The notes beneath the pieces were generated by a model, which saw only the letters and a program-made list of their open reading frames with translations, was not told the origin of the DNA and ran no database searches. A stretch of DNA of 64,000 nt from Chitinophagaceae bacterium (GTDB taxonomy: Bacteria > Bacteroidota > Bacteroidia > Chitinophagales > Chitinophagaceae), in assembly GCA_019638475.1 (NCBI GenBank), contig JAHBTR010000006.1, forward strand, positions 59,391-123,390, read 5' to 3'. Positions 28,210-36,733 of the stretch are shown piece by piece. Within the stretch, counting starts at the first letter, position 1. Every line of letters starts with the position of its first letter. The position numbers and the translations under genes were made by a program.

Positions 28210-30162
28210 CTACATTTTTTGCTTCTTCAAAACATATTGAAAAGCCTGCATTTGAGACTCTGCATAAGTTTTCATGTTTGTTACAAGTTCTGGCATTTGT
28301 GTAGCATAATTTGTTAAGTCATTATTTCTATATTTATACAAACCAATCTCTCCTTCTTGTTTTACTATTAGCAACCAATCATTATCTATCACAGCATATT
28401 TATCATCATTATTTGTGTATATATATGGACGTTCTTTGGTAAATAAATTTATACCAAGTGTATTATTGTCATAAGGCAAATGCAACAGTCCCATAATGCT
28501 TGGAAAAATATCTACTTGTCCGCCCATTACAGTAAATGTTTTTTTATTTTTTATAATATCTGGAGCATAAAACAATAAAGGAATATGATGATAGTCAAGA
28601 GAAATATCATAAGTAACAGTTAAAGGGTATCCATGGTCTGCTACAAACACAAACAATGTATTATTAAACCATTTTTTTTGAGAGGAAAGTTGAATCAATT
28701 TTTTTAAAGAATAATCTGCAAACTCAACAATTTGTTTCTCTTTATCTTGTTGTTTTGGCTTAAAATAATCTGGTATATAATAAGGTGTATGGTTACTTGC
28801 TGTCATATACACAGCTAAAAAGGGTTTATTGCTTTCATTCATTTTATCTAACAAAGGCATAGAAAATTCAAACATAAAATCATCAGGTACGCCTAAAGTT
28901 GTTTTGGCTTTATCAGATGGATAATCTTTTTTAGAAATTACATTTTCAAAATCATTTGCTTTTAAAAAACCCTCTATATTATCAAATTGCCCATCATGTG
29001 TGGTAAAATAAGTAGTTGTATAGCCTAACTTTTTTAATGCAGAAGCAATACCATGATAATGAAACATACCAGATTCCTTCATTGGATGCTGTCTGAACAA
29101 TGCAGGATAAGAAAATAAGGTACTAAATACACCATTAAAAGTATGAATACCTGCACTATAAAAATTGTCAAAATAAAAACCTTCATTGCTAAGGCTATCT
29201 AAAAAAGGAGTTAAGTTATAAGGGTTGCCATGTCTTTTCATTTGTGCAGCACTCATACTTTCCATTAAAACAATAACAATATTTTTATATTCAGCAGAAT
29301 TACTATGAACATTTTCTTTTCTAAGCAATGGAAATGCACTATCATAAGGCACTATATCAAGGTAATGTTGTGTATTAGCAATAGCAATACTATCAGGCAT
29401 TAAATTAATAACTTCATTACTTTCATCTTTACTGTCTAAATAACTTCTTAGCAAAGTAAAATTGGGGTTTAGTCCTAATTGGTTCAGCAAAGGGTCATTG
29501 CCAAAATAAGCTGTACCAACCCTTATAGGAGATTTTTCATCAAGCCTTCCCCTCATTCCTAATATTATAACACCAACAAATAATATAGAAATGATTGATT
29601 GAAATACAATTCTATCTGGCTTTCCATGATAAGAAGTAGTGCTTAAAATTCTTTTTAATCTTCTATAAAATAAAACAATGAAAACTGTAATAGGTATAAA
29701 ATACAGCCAATGTTTGGGCTCTTGAAAAATGAGCTTTGCTACAAACATAGGACTATCAATCCATGCAAAAGCTGTAACAGAAAATCTGGAAAAAAATTGA
29801 TTAAAATATGGAATATCTGCACCACAAACAATAAATGCCAATGAGAATATTAAAAACGTATAACCAAAAATTATTTTATTAAAAATAGCAGATTGAATAT
29901 TGAATAAATAACGAATGGTTAATAAAATATAAGCCAATGAAAGTATATAACAAGTAATAACAGTATCAAATCTTATACCCATAAAAAAGGCATACAAAAT
30001 ATCTGATACAGAAGATGAAGCACCTAATTTATCTTTTTGAGTATAAAATAAAATTAACCTAAAAAAAGAAAAAAACACTAATGCCAAAATATAAATACGA
30101 AATACAAGTTTAATATTGTCAAATCTGTTCTTTGTAGCATATTTAATCTCCATAATATTCAA
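28210..30162 (-). CDS. LTA synthase / phosphoglycerol-transferase family sulfatase-like membrane protein
   Basis: 650 aa. Five N-terminal TM segments followed by an alkaline-phosphatase-superfamily domain (VIVLMESMS...DHG). Confidence 0.8.
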   Translation of the reverse strand: MNIMEIKYATKNRFDNIKLVFRIYILALVFFSFFRLILFYTQKDKLGASSSVSDILYAFFMGIRFDTVITCYILSLAYILLTIRYLFNIQSAIFNKIIFGYTFLIFSLAFIVCGADIPYFNQFFSRFSVTAFAWIDSPMFVAKLIFQEPKHWLYFIPITVFIVLFYRRLKRILSTTSYHGKPDRIVFQSIISILFVGVIILGMRGRLDEKSPIRVGTAYFGNDPLLNQLGLNPNFTLLRSYLDSKDESNEVINLMPDSIAIANTQHYLDIVPYDSAFPLLRKENVHSNSAEYKNIVIVLMESMSAAQMKRHGNPYNLTPFLDSLSNEGFYFDNFYSAGIHTFNGVFSTLFSYPALFRQHPMKESGMFHYHGIASALKKLGYTTTYFTTHDGQFDNIEGFLKANDFENVISKKDYPSDKAKTTLGVPDDFMFEFSMPLLDKMNESNKPFLAVYMTASNHTPYYIPDYFKPKQQDKEKQIVEFADYSLKKLIQLSSQKKWFNNTLFVFVADHGYPLTVTYDISLDYHHIPLLFYAPDIIKNKKTFTVMGGQVDIFPSIMGLLHLPYDNNTLGINLFTKERPYIYTNNDDKYAVIDNDWLLIVKQEGEIGLYKYRNNDLTNYATQMPELVTNMKTYAESQMQAFQYVLKKQKM

Positions 30163-30611
30163 TTAGTCAATAATTATAATTGGTAAAATAACTGAAAAAA
30201 ATAAAAACGCATAACATTTATCATATAGAAATACCGTTTTAAACTAATTTTGAACCAACTAATTTTTTAGGACAAAAGGTTAAATTTTTAAGATTTCGTT
30301 GAAATTTTTTCAAATAATTAAGTGAATTTTTTTAGCAATTAAAATACACTAATTGGTACAATATAGTCTATAAGAAAAATCTCATAGCTAATTTATATCA
30401 TTGAAAATCAAATATTTAATAAATGCTTTATTAAATAACAAAGTCTAAATTGATGCAAAAACTTGAAAGAATTTTGTATTATTTCAAAACCATTCAATTA
30501 ATTTTTAGAATATGTTTAAAAATATTTCAACAAATCCATTTATATTCGCAACTCCTAATAAGGGCAATATTTTTTAAAAATCAACGTTTTAGTACACTCA
30601 AACTTTCAACA

Positions 30612-32177
30612 ATGCGAATCTCAACAGGAATTAGAAATTGTACATTACTGTTAGCAACAATTAGTATATTATCTTCTTGTAATATGCTTAAAAAGAAGCA
30701 ACAAAAGTCTGACGTAACAGGCTGGGCTTATAATGATAAAAAAACAGGAGGCTTTACAGTAGCCAAACCTAAAAATATTAAAACTGCACCAGGGCTTGTG
30801 TTTGTACAAGGTGGTACATTTACAATGGGTGCAACTCAAGAAGATGTAATGGGCGATTGGAACAATATACCTAAGCGTATTACAGTAAACTCATTCTTCA
30901 TAGATAAAACAGAAGTAGCCAATGTGCATTATCGTGAATATATGTTCTGGATGCAAAATACATTTGGCGAAGATGAGCAGTATGACCAACTTTTACAAGA
31001 CATTAAGCCCGATACATTAGTATGGAGAAGTGAACTTTCTTATAATGAACCTTATGTAGAATATTACTTTAGTCATCCAAGTTATAACTACTATCCTGTA
31101 GTAGGTGTTACATGGAAACAAGCACGTGATTTTTGTATTTGGCGTACTGACCGTGTAAATGAAAAAGCATTGATGGATAAAAAAGTTATTAATGCTAAAG
31201 ATTATGATAAAGGTGGTATGAACAATGTTGGCGAAGATAATTTTAATACAAAAGCCTATTTATTAGGTTTATATAATCCTAAAACACCTCCTACCAAAAG
31301 TAGCCCTTTAAAAGATGCTAAAGGTCAGCCAAGACAAGCCAGATTTGAAGATGGACTTTTATATGGCGACTATCGTTTACCTACAGAAGCTGAATGGGAA
31401 TATGCAGCTTATGGTTATATGATGGAAAATCCTCAAAGAAGAAGAAATGAAAAATCAAGAGGTGAAGAAGTAATTGCTAACAAGCAAGTATATGCATGGC
31501 AAAATACTGGTTATGATAATCTTCGTTCTACAAAAAGAGGTGCCTTTCAAGGAGCATTTTTAGCAAACTTTAAAAGAGGTTCTGGAGATAATATGGGTGT
31601 TGCAGGAGGTTTAAATGACCGTTCTGCTATACCTTCAGAAATTACATCATTCTATCCTAATGGCTTTGGCTTATATAATATGAGTGGTAATGTGAGTGAA
31701 TGGGTTGCCGATGTTTACAGACCACTTACAAGTTTAGAAGGAGAAGATTTTAACTACTATAGAGGTAATGAATTTAAAAGAGTTAAAAAAGATTCTTCTT
31801 CTGGCGAAATGATGAAAGATTCATTAGGTCGTGTAGTAATGGAAAATGAACCAGATAGTTTATTAAGAAAACGCCGTAACTATCAAAAATCTTATGTTAT
31901 TGACTATTTAGATGGAGACCAAGTTGCTGATGGACGTTCTGCTGTGTATAATTATGGAATTACTACTTTAATTTCAGATAAATCAAGAGTAGTAAAAGGT
32001 GGTAGCTGGAATGATAGACCATATTGGTTAAGCCCAGGTACAAGAAGATTTTTAGAAGAAGACCAAAGCAGTAGTACCATTGGTTTTCGTTGTGCTATGA
32101 CACACTATGGTGCTCCAGAAACACCTAAATATGGTAAAACTGGTAACTTCTTCCCTGCAAGAAGACAGAAAAGATAA
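30612..32177 (+). CDS. gldJ: Gliding motility lipoprotein GldJ (FGE-sulfatase/SUMF1-like fold)
   Basis: Lipoprotein signal (LLATISILSSC), TGWAYNDKKTGGF and LVFVQGGTFTMG segments typical of GldJ. The 54-codon TTG-initiated extension in the ORF track was trimmed. Confidence 0.85.
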   Translation: MRISTGIRNCTLLLATISILSSCNMLKKKQQKSDVTGWAYNDKKTGGFTVAKPKNIKTAPGLVFVQGGTFTMGATQEDVMGDWNNIPKRITVNSFFIDKTEVANVHYREYMFWMQNTFGEDEQYDQLLQDIKPDTLVWRSELSYNEPYVEYYFSHPSYNYYPVVGVTWKQARDFCIWRTDRVNEKALMDKKVINAKDYDKGGMNNVGEDNFNTKAYLLGLYNPKTPPTKSSPLKDAKGQPRQARFEDGLLYGDYRLPTEAEWEYAAYGYMMENPQRRRNEKSRGEEVIANKQVYAWQNTGYDNLRSTKRGAFQGAFLANFKRGSGDNMGVAGGLNDRSAIPSEITSFYPNGFGLYNMSGNVSEWVADVYRPLTSLEGEDFNYYRGNEFKRVKKDSSSGEMMKDSLGRVVMENEPDSLLRKRRNYQKSYVIDYLDGDQVADGRSAVYNYGITTLISDKSRVVKGGSWNDRPYWLSPGTRRFLEEDQSSSTIGFRCAMTHYGAPETPKYGKTGNFFPARRQKR

Positions 32178-32222
32178 AAAGGAAAGGTAAATACAGCATT
32201 CCTGACTTTTCAGGAATAAAAA

Positions 32223-32250
32223 AAGCCATCAGATTTCTGGTGGCTTTTTT
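32223..32250 (+). terminator. Intrinsic terminator after gldJ
   Basis: agccatcag pairs with ctggtggct (one G-T pair), followed by tttttt. A second hairpin attcctga/tcaggaat lies just upstream. Confidence 0.65.
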
Positions 32251-32386
32251 ATAATGACCAACTAAAATCTACATAAAACCCATTTTACTTCAGTATTAGT
32301 TAATAGAATGTATAAATACAGAAATATTCAATTATCTATACCGATACTTTATAAAATAAACAGTAGCTTTGGAAAAATTTTTTATT

Positions 32387-32824
32387 ATGTACACAGGTCT
32401 ATTACACCTTCACAATTTATTACGCTGGATAATAATTATTTTAATACTGATAAATATTGTTAAAGCGTTTTCTGGTAATAAGAATATTAAACTTAGTTTA
32501 TGGCTGCTCATTTCTGCTCATACAACATTGCTTATTGGATTATACCAATATTTTGTAGGAGCTAATGGCTTTAAATATTTTGCTACTTATTCTATGTCAG
32601 AAATTATGAAAAATAATATTTTAAGATTTTGGGCTATAGAACACATTTTTGGAATGATAGTAGCTATAACCTTAATTACAATAGGTCATATAACGCTAAA
32701 AAAATCAACCACTACTAAAAAAACAGCTATTCTTTACTTAATTGCTTTTATAATAATTGTAGCAACCATACCTTGGCCATTTAGAGGCTATGAAGTAGGA
32801 AGAGCTTTGTTCCCTGGTATGTAG
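32387..32824 (+). CDS. Hypothetical 4-TM membrane protein
   Basis: Starts MYTGLLHLHNLLRW. Four hydrophobic segments and conserved His residues. Function not assigned. Confidence 0.55.
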   Translation: MYTGLLHLHNLLRWIIIILILINIVKAFSGNKNIKLSLWLLISAHTTLLIGLYQYFVGANGFKYFATYSMSEIMKNNILRFWAIEHIFGMIVAITLITIGHITLKKSTTTKKTAILYLIAFIIIVATIPWPFRGYEVGRALFPGM

Positions 32825-32839
32825 TTCAATTAATTAATT

Positions 32840-32871
32840 AAAAGGTTTCAAAATAGAAACCTTTTTAATTT
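32840..32871 (+). terminator. Intrinsic terminator
   Basis: aaaggtttc (32841-49) pairs perfectly with gaaaccttt (32856-64), followed by a T-rich run. Confidence 0.6.
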
Positions 32872-32880
32872 CTTTGTATT

Positions 32881-33141
32881 ATGAAAACGAAACTAATATT
32901 AATAGCTATCACCATTATTTCAGCAATAGCTTGCAATACAAATAAGCAACAATGCAAAGCAAAAATTACTGAAAGAAAAGTATTAAACGATTCATTAATA
33001 CAGATTAGCTATGCTTATAAAGTATCTGATAAAATATTTGAAGACAGTTTACAAACAAAAAATATAATCATCAACTCAGATAGCATTACGATACTTTTTT
33101 CTTCAAAAAACCCTAAAGAGCATACTACACAGATGCCTTAG
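32881..33141 (+). CDS. Small hypothetical lipoprotein
   Basis: 86 aa. Lipobox-like ISAIAC. Confidence 0.45.
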   Translation: MKTKLILIAITIISAIACNTNKQQCKAKITERKVLNDSLIQISYAYKVSDKIFEDSLQTKNIIINSDSITILFSSKNPKEHTTQMP

Positions 33142-33155
33142 TTGGCTGTAATTTT

Positions 33156-33716
33156 TTGACGTTTAAAATGAAAACGCCTTCTCATATACTAACCACCGAA
33201 AGACTAATTTTACGGAATTGGATTGACACAGACACTTCTGCTTTCATCGCAATGAACAAAGACTATGAGGTTATGAAGTTTTTTCCAAAAACCTTAACCG
33301 ATAGTGAAACCTTAGAACTGCTTGAAAGAATAAAATTACATTTTGAAAAAAATAGCTTTGGACTATTTGCTGTTGAAAGTAAATCTACAAAACAATTTAT
33401 TGGCTTTACAGGCTTTTCTATACCTACATTTAATGCTTTTTTTACACCATGTGTTGAAATTGGTTGGCGTTATAAAAAAGAAGTTTGGGGACAAGGTTTT
33501 GCAACCGAAGCTGCTTTAGCTTGTTTAAGATATGGGTTTGAGACTTTAGGATTTGATAAAATTGTTTCGTTTACTTCTTCAGTAAACAAAAAATCAGAAG
33601 ATGTTATGAAAAGAATAGGCATGAAATTTAAAGCCAACTTTGAGCATCCAAAAATTGAGACAACCAATATTCTTTGTAAACATATTTTATATGAAATCCA
33701 TTCTACTGTTAAATAG
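33156..33716 (+). CDS. GNAT family N-acetyltransferase (RimJ/RimL-like)
   Basis: 186 aa. TERLILRNW N-terminus and WGQGFATEA motif. Confidence 0.8.
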   Translation: MTFKMKTPSHILTTERLILRNWIDTDTSAFIAMNKDYEVMKFFPKTLTDSETLELLERIKLHFEKNSFGLFAVESKSTKQFIGFTGFSIPTFNAFFTPCVEIGWRYKKEVWGQGFATEAALACLRYGFETLGFDKIVSFTSSVNKKSEDVMKRIGMKFKANFEHPKIETTNILCKHILYEIHSTVK

Positions 33717-33843
33717 TAAAATATAAAACTACAGCCAACATATTCTTGTTATATGAAACAGAAAAATGGATAAAATTAGAATATGTTTTGTTGGCATTAT
33801 TTATTGCCTTCAATCGTTGGAATAGACAATGATTTTGGATATT

Positions 33844-33904
33844 TTAAAAATGGGGAAAATTACTGTACAAAAACACCATTAAATTTCGGTTCTTTGCTAA
33901 GAAT
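33844..33904 (+). repeat. 61-bp direct repeat, copy A (upstream of the cbb3 cluster)
   Basis: ttaaaaatggggaaaattactgtacaaaaacaccattaaatttcggttctttgctaagaat is identical to 42526-42586. Weaker similarity extends about 30 nt upstream, with indels. Confidence 0.9.
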
Positions 33905-33929
33905 GGGCGCATCATATTTTTATGAAAAA

Positions 33930-33986
33930 GTGGCGAGTGGAGACACTCGCCACAGCTACAGCCTCGTTTCGTGTCTCACGAAACGA
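33930..33986. other. Twin perfect 10-bp stem-loops
   Basis: gtggcgagtg-gaga-cactcgccac (33930-53), the 10-nt spacer agctacagcc, then tcgtttcgtg-tct-cacgaaacga (33964-86). Noticeably more GC-rich than the surroundings. Confidence 0.8.
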
Positions 33987-34042
33987 AAAAAATGTTATAC
34001 ACCCCAAATTTTTATATCAGTACAGATATAATAAGGACCTGT

Positions 34043-34050
34043 TATTTTTG
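34043..34050 (+). promoter_or_regulatory. Candidate -7 promoter box for ccoI
   Basis: TAttTTTG lies 24 nt upstream of the TTG start. Confidence 0.45.
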
Positions 34051-34073
34051 CCAATAACTAAAGCATATCAATA

Positions 34074-36476
34074 TTGTCTGTTTCTCAAAATACAAAGCAT
34101 ACTTGTTATCATTGTGGTAATCAGTGCAACGATGAAGTTGTTGCATTAAATGATAAACATTTTTGTTGTAGTGGTTGTAAAACAGTGTACCAAATTTTAA
34201 GTGAAAATGACTTGTGTGCTTATTACGATTTTAATGAACATGCAGGTATTTCTCCAAACAAAAATATTCGTGCAGATAAGTTTGCTTTTTTAGATAATGA
34301 AGAAATTGAAAAAAAACTTATACAGTTTAAAGATGATAAGCAAACACATGTAACTTTTTATTTGCCTCAAATTCATTGCAGCTCTTGTTTGTATTTATTA
34401 GAGAATATTCATAAGATTGATAGCAATATTGTTGTTTCTAAAATTAATTTTAATAAAAGAGAAATTTTTATAGTATTTAATCATCAAAAAATTAATTTAA
34501 GAAAAGTAGCGGAAATATTGGCAAGTATTGGTTATGAACCATTGATTAGTTTACAAGACACATCTCAAATAAAAAAGAAAATATCCAGAGCAAAAATGTA
34601 TAAAATTGGTGTTGCTGGTTTTTGTTTTTCTAATATTATGATGTTGAGCTTTCCTGAATATCTTTCAGGAAAATCGTTTGTAGAGCCTGAGTTAAAAACA
34701 CTATTCTCTTATATGAGTTTTGTATTATCGCTGCCAGTGTTTTTTTATTCAGCTACAGAATTTTATACATCGGCTTGGCACGGGTTAAAAAATAAATATT
34801 TGAATATTGATATTCCTGTTGTGTTGGCTATTTTATTAATATTTTTCAGAAGTTTATATCACTTATTCTTTTTAAATGAAAATGGCTATTTTGATAGCAT
34901 GAGTGGCTTAGTTTTCTTTATGCTGATTGGTAGAATTGCACAAGATAAAACACAACAATATTTATCGTTTGAAAGAGATTATACTTCTTTTTTTCCAATA
35001 GCTGTTAATAAATTATTTGATAAAAAATTTAAGCCTACACCAATTGAACAGCTAAAAGAAAATGATGTTATTCAAATTTATGCCAATGAAATTATTCCTG
35101 TAGATGCTATGTTATCTAAAGGAAATGCCTCTATAGATTATAGTTTTGTTTCTGGTGAAAGTGCTCCTGTATCTGCAAATATTGGAGACATTATTTATGC
35201 AGGAGGAAAACAAACAGGAGAAAAAATTGAGTTGATGGTTTTAAAACCAATGAATCAAAGTTATCTAACTAATTTATGGAACAAAAACAATCAAGCAGGA
35301 AAAGAAACTAAAAACAAATTTGTGGATAAACTAAGTAAAAATTTTACCATTATTGTTTTTGCTATTGCAGGTATTGCTTTCTTGTATTGGGTTTTAGCAG
35401 GAAAAATTTCTGTAGGGTTAGATGTTATTACAACTGTATTTATCATTGCTTGCCCTTGTACTTTATTATTAGCAGCAACATTTACTTATGGAAATATGTT
35501 GAGAATACTTTCTCAAAACAAAGTATATGTAAGACATTATAACATACTTGAAAAAATTAATGAAATAGATACAATTGTTTATGATAAAACAGGAACACTA
35601 ACTTTATCCAACAATGTTGCTATTAATTATGTAGGAGAGGAGTTGTCTGATGCAGAAAAAATATATATTAAATCAACCGCATCAAATTCAAAACACGTTT
35701 ATAGTAAATCTATTGTTCAATATTTTGCAGATAACGATACAATAGAAATAGCAAATTTTAAAGAAACCATAGGGAAAGGAATTGAAGCATGGATTGATGA
35801 ACATTACATAAAAATTGGTTCTCCCAACTTTTTTAATAAAACAAATGAGCATCATAAAAATATTATGTATGTTGCTATTGATAATAAATTAATAGGATAT
35901 TTTATTACATCAAATGCTTATAGAGTTGGCTTTTCATCTATTCTTAAATCTTTAGAAAAAAAATATACACAAGTTATTTTATCGGGCGATAGTATTGCAG
36001 AAAAAGAATTTTTAGAAAAAACCTTAGGCAAAAATGTTCAAATGCTTTTTAATCAAAAGCCAGAAGATAAATTACAGTTTATTCAACAACTTCAAAAAAA
36101 CAATCATACAGTATTAATGATAGGTGATGGATTAAATGATGCTATTGCATTAAAGGAAAGTGATGTAGGTATTGCCATTACAGAAAACAACAACAATTTT
36201 ACACCAGCTTGTGATATTATTTTAGATGCTACTTTTTTTGAAAAATTTCAAAAATTATTTCTTTTTAGTAAACAAGGAAAAAGAATTATAAAACTTAGTT
36301 TTACATTCTCATTTATTTACAATGTTATAGGTATGTACTTTGCTTTACAAGGTTTATTATCTCCTTTAATTGCTGCAATACTAATGCCTTCAAGCACTAT
36401 AACTATTATTGCAGTTACTTTTGGTTTAACTCAATACTCTGCTAAAAAAGAAGAATTACTTATTACAAAAAAATAG
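34074..36476 (+). CDS. ccoI: Heavy-metal (copper) translocating P1B-type ATPase, CcoI/FixI type
   Basis: 800 aa. N-terminal Cys-rich zinc-ribbon-like CYHCGNQC..CCSGC, CPC motif (ACPCTLL), DKTGTLT phosphorylation site, and GDGLND. First gene of the cco cluster. TTG start. Confidence 0.9.
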   Translation: MSVSQNTKHTCYHCGNQCNDEVVALNDKHFCCSGCKTVYQILSENDLCAYYDFNEHAGISPNKNIRADKFAFLDNEEIEKKLIQFKDDKQTHVTFYLPQIHCSSCLYLLENIHKIDSNIVVSKINFNKREIFIVFNHQKINLRKVAEILASIGYEPLISLQDTSQIKKKISRAKMYKIGVAGFCFSNIMMLSFPEYLSGKSFVEPELKTLFSYMSFVLSLPVFFYSATEFYTSAWHGLKNKYLNIDIPVVLAILLIFFRSLYHLFFLNENGYFDSMSGLVFFMLIGRIAQDKTQQYLSFERDYTSFFPIAVNKLFDKKFKPTPIEQLKENDVIQIYANEIIPVDAMLSKGNASIDYSFVSGESAPVSANIGDIIYAGGKQTGEKIELMVLKPMNQSYLTNLWNKNNQAGKETKNKFVDKLSKNFTIIVFAIAGIAFLYWVLAGKISVGLDVITTVFIIACPCTLLLAATFTYGNMLRILSQNKVYVRHYNILEKINEIDTIVYDKTGTLTLSNNVAINYVGEELSDAEKIYIKSTASNSKHVYSKSIVQYFADNDTIEIANFKETIGKGIEAWIDEHYIKIGSPNFFNKTNEHHKNIMYVAIDNKLIGYFITSNAYRVGFSSILKSLEKKYTQVILSGDSIAEKEFLEKTLGKNVQMLFNQKPEDKLQFIQQLQKNNHTVLMIGDGLNDAIALKESDVGIAITENNNNFTPACDIILDATFFEKFQKLFLFSKQGKRIIKLSFTFSFIYNVIGMYFALQGLLSPLIAAILMPSSTITIIAVTFGLTQYSAKKEELLITKK

Positions 36477-36547
36477 TAGGCGTAATGCCTTATTATTATT
36501 GATTTATGCCCTACTTTTGCAGTAAAATTTTTATTATAAAATATAAA

Positions 36548-36691
36548 ATGTTAGTTATCATTTTTTTATTCTTTTGTAGTGTATTAGTAGCAGGAATATT
36601 TCTGTTTGCTTTTATATGGAATGTAAAAAATGGACAGTATGATGATGAGTTTTCATCTGCTAACAGAATATTATATGATGATAAAAAATAA
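36548..36691 (+). CDS. ccoS: cbb3 oxidase maturation protein CcoS/FixS
   Basis: 47 aa. Single TM followed by WNVKNGQYDD, typical of CcoS. Trimmed to the internal ATG. Confidence 0.8.
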   Translation: MLVIIFLFFCSVLVAGIFLFAFIWNVKNGQYDDEFSSANRILYDDKK

Positions 36692-36733
36692 TTGCTATAA
36701 AAACTGCTTAAAATCAACCAAAAACCAAATTAA

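Noticed and set aside
30450-30611. 54-codon N-terminal extension of gldJ from a TTG start.
   Set aside because: The extension is hydrophobic and AT-driven with no function. The lipoprotein signal peptide begins at the ATG at 30612, which matches the GldJ architecture.
30163-30611. 450-bp AT-rich gldJ upstream region, inspected for ncRNA or a riboswitch.
   Set aside because: I saw only AT-only palindromes (ttaataaa/tttattaa) and short direct repeats (aactaatttt). There is no GC-supported structure or recognisable riboswitch core.
33783-34149. ORFs 33783-34031 (82 aa) and 33922-34149 (75 aa) upstream of and overlapping the ccoI start.
   Set aside because: They run through the 61-bp repeat and the twin hairpins. 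The peptides (..ASGDTRHSYSLVSCLTKRK.. and ..VETLATATASFRVSRNEK..) are the kind produced by translating palindromic repeats. The second overlaps ccoI in another frame.
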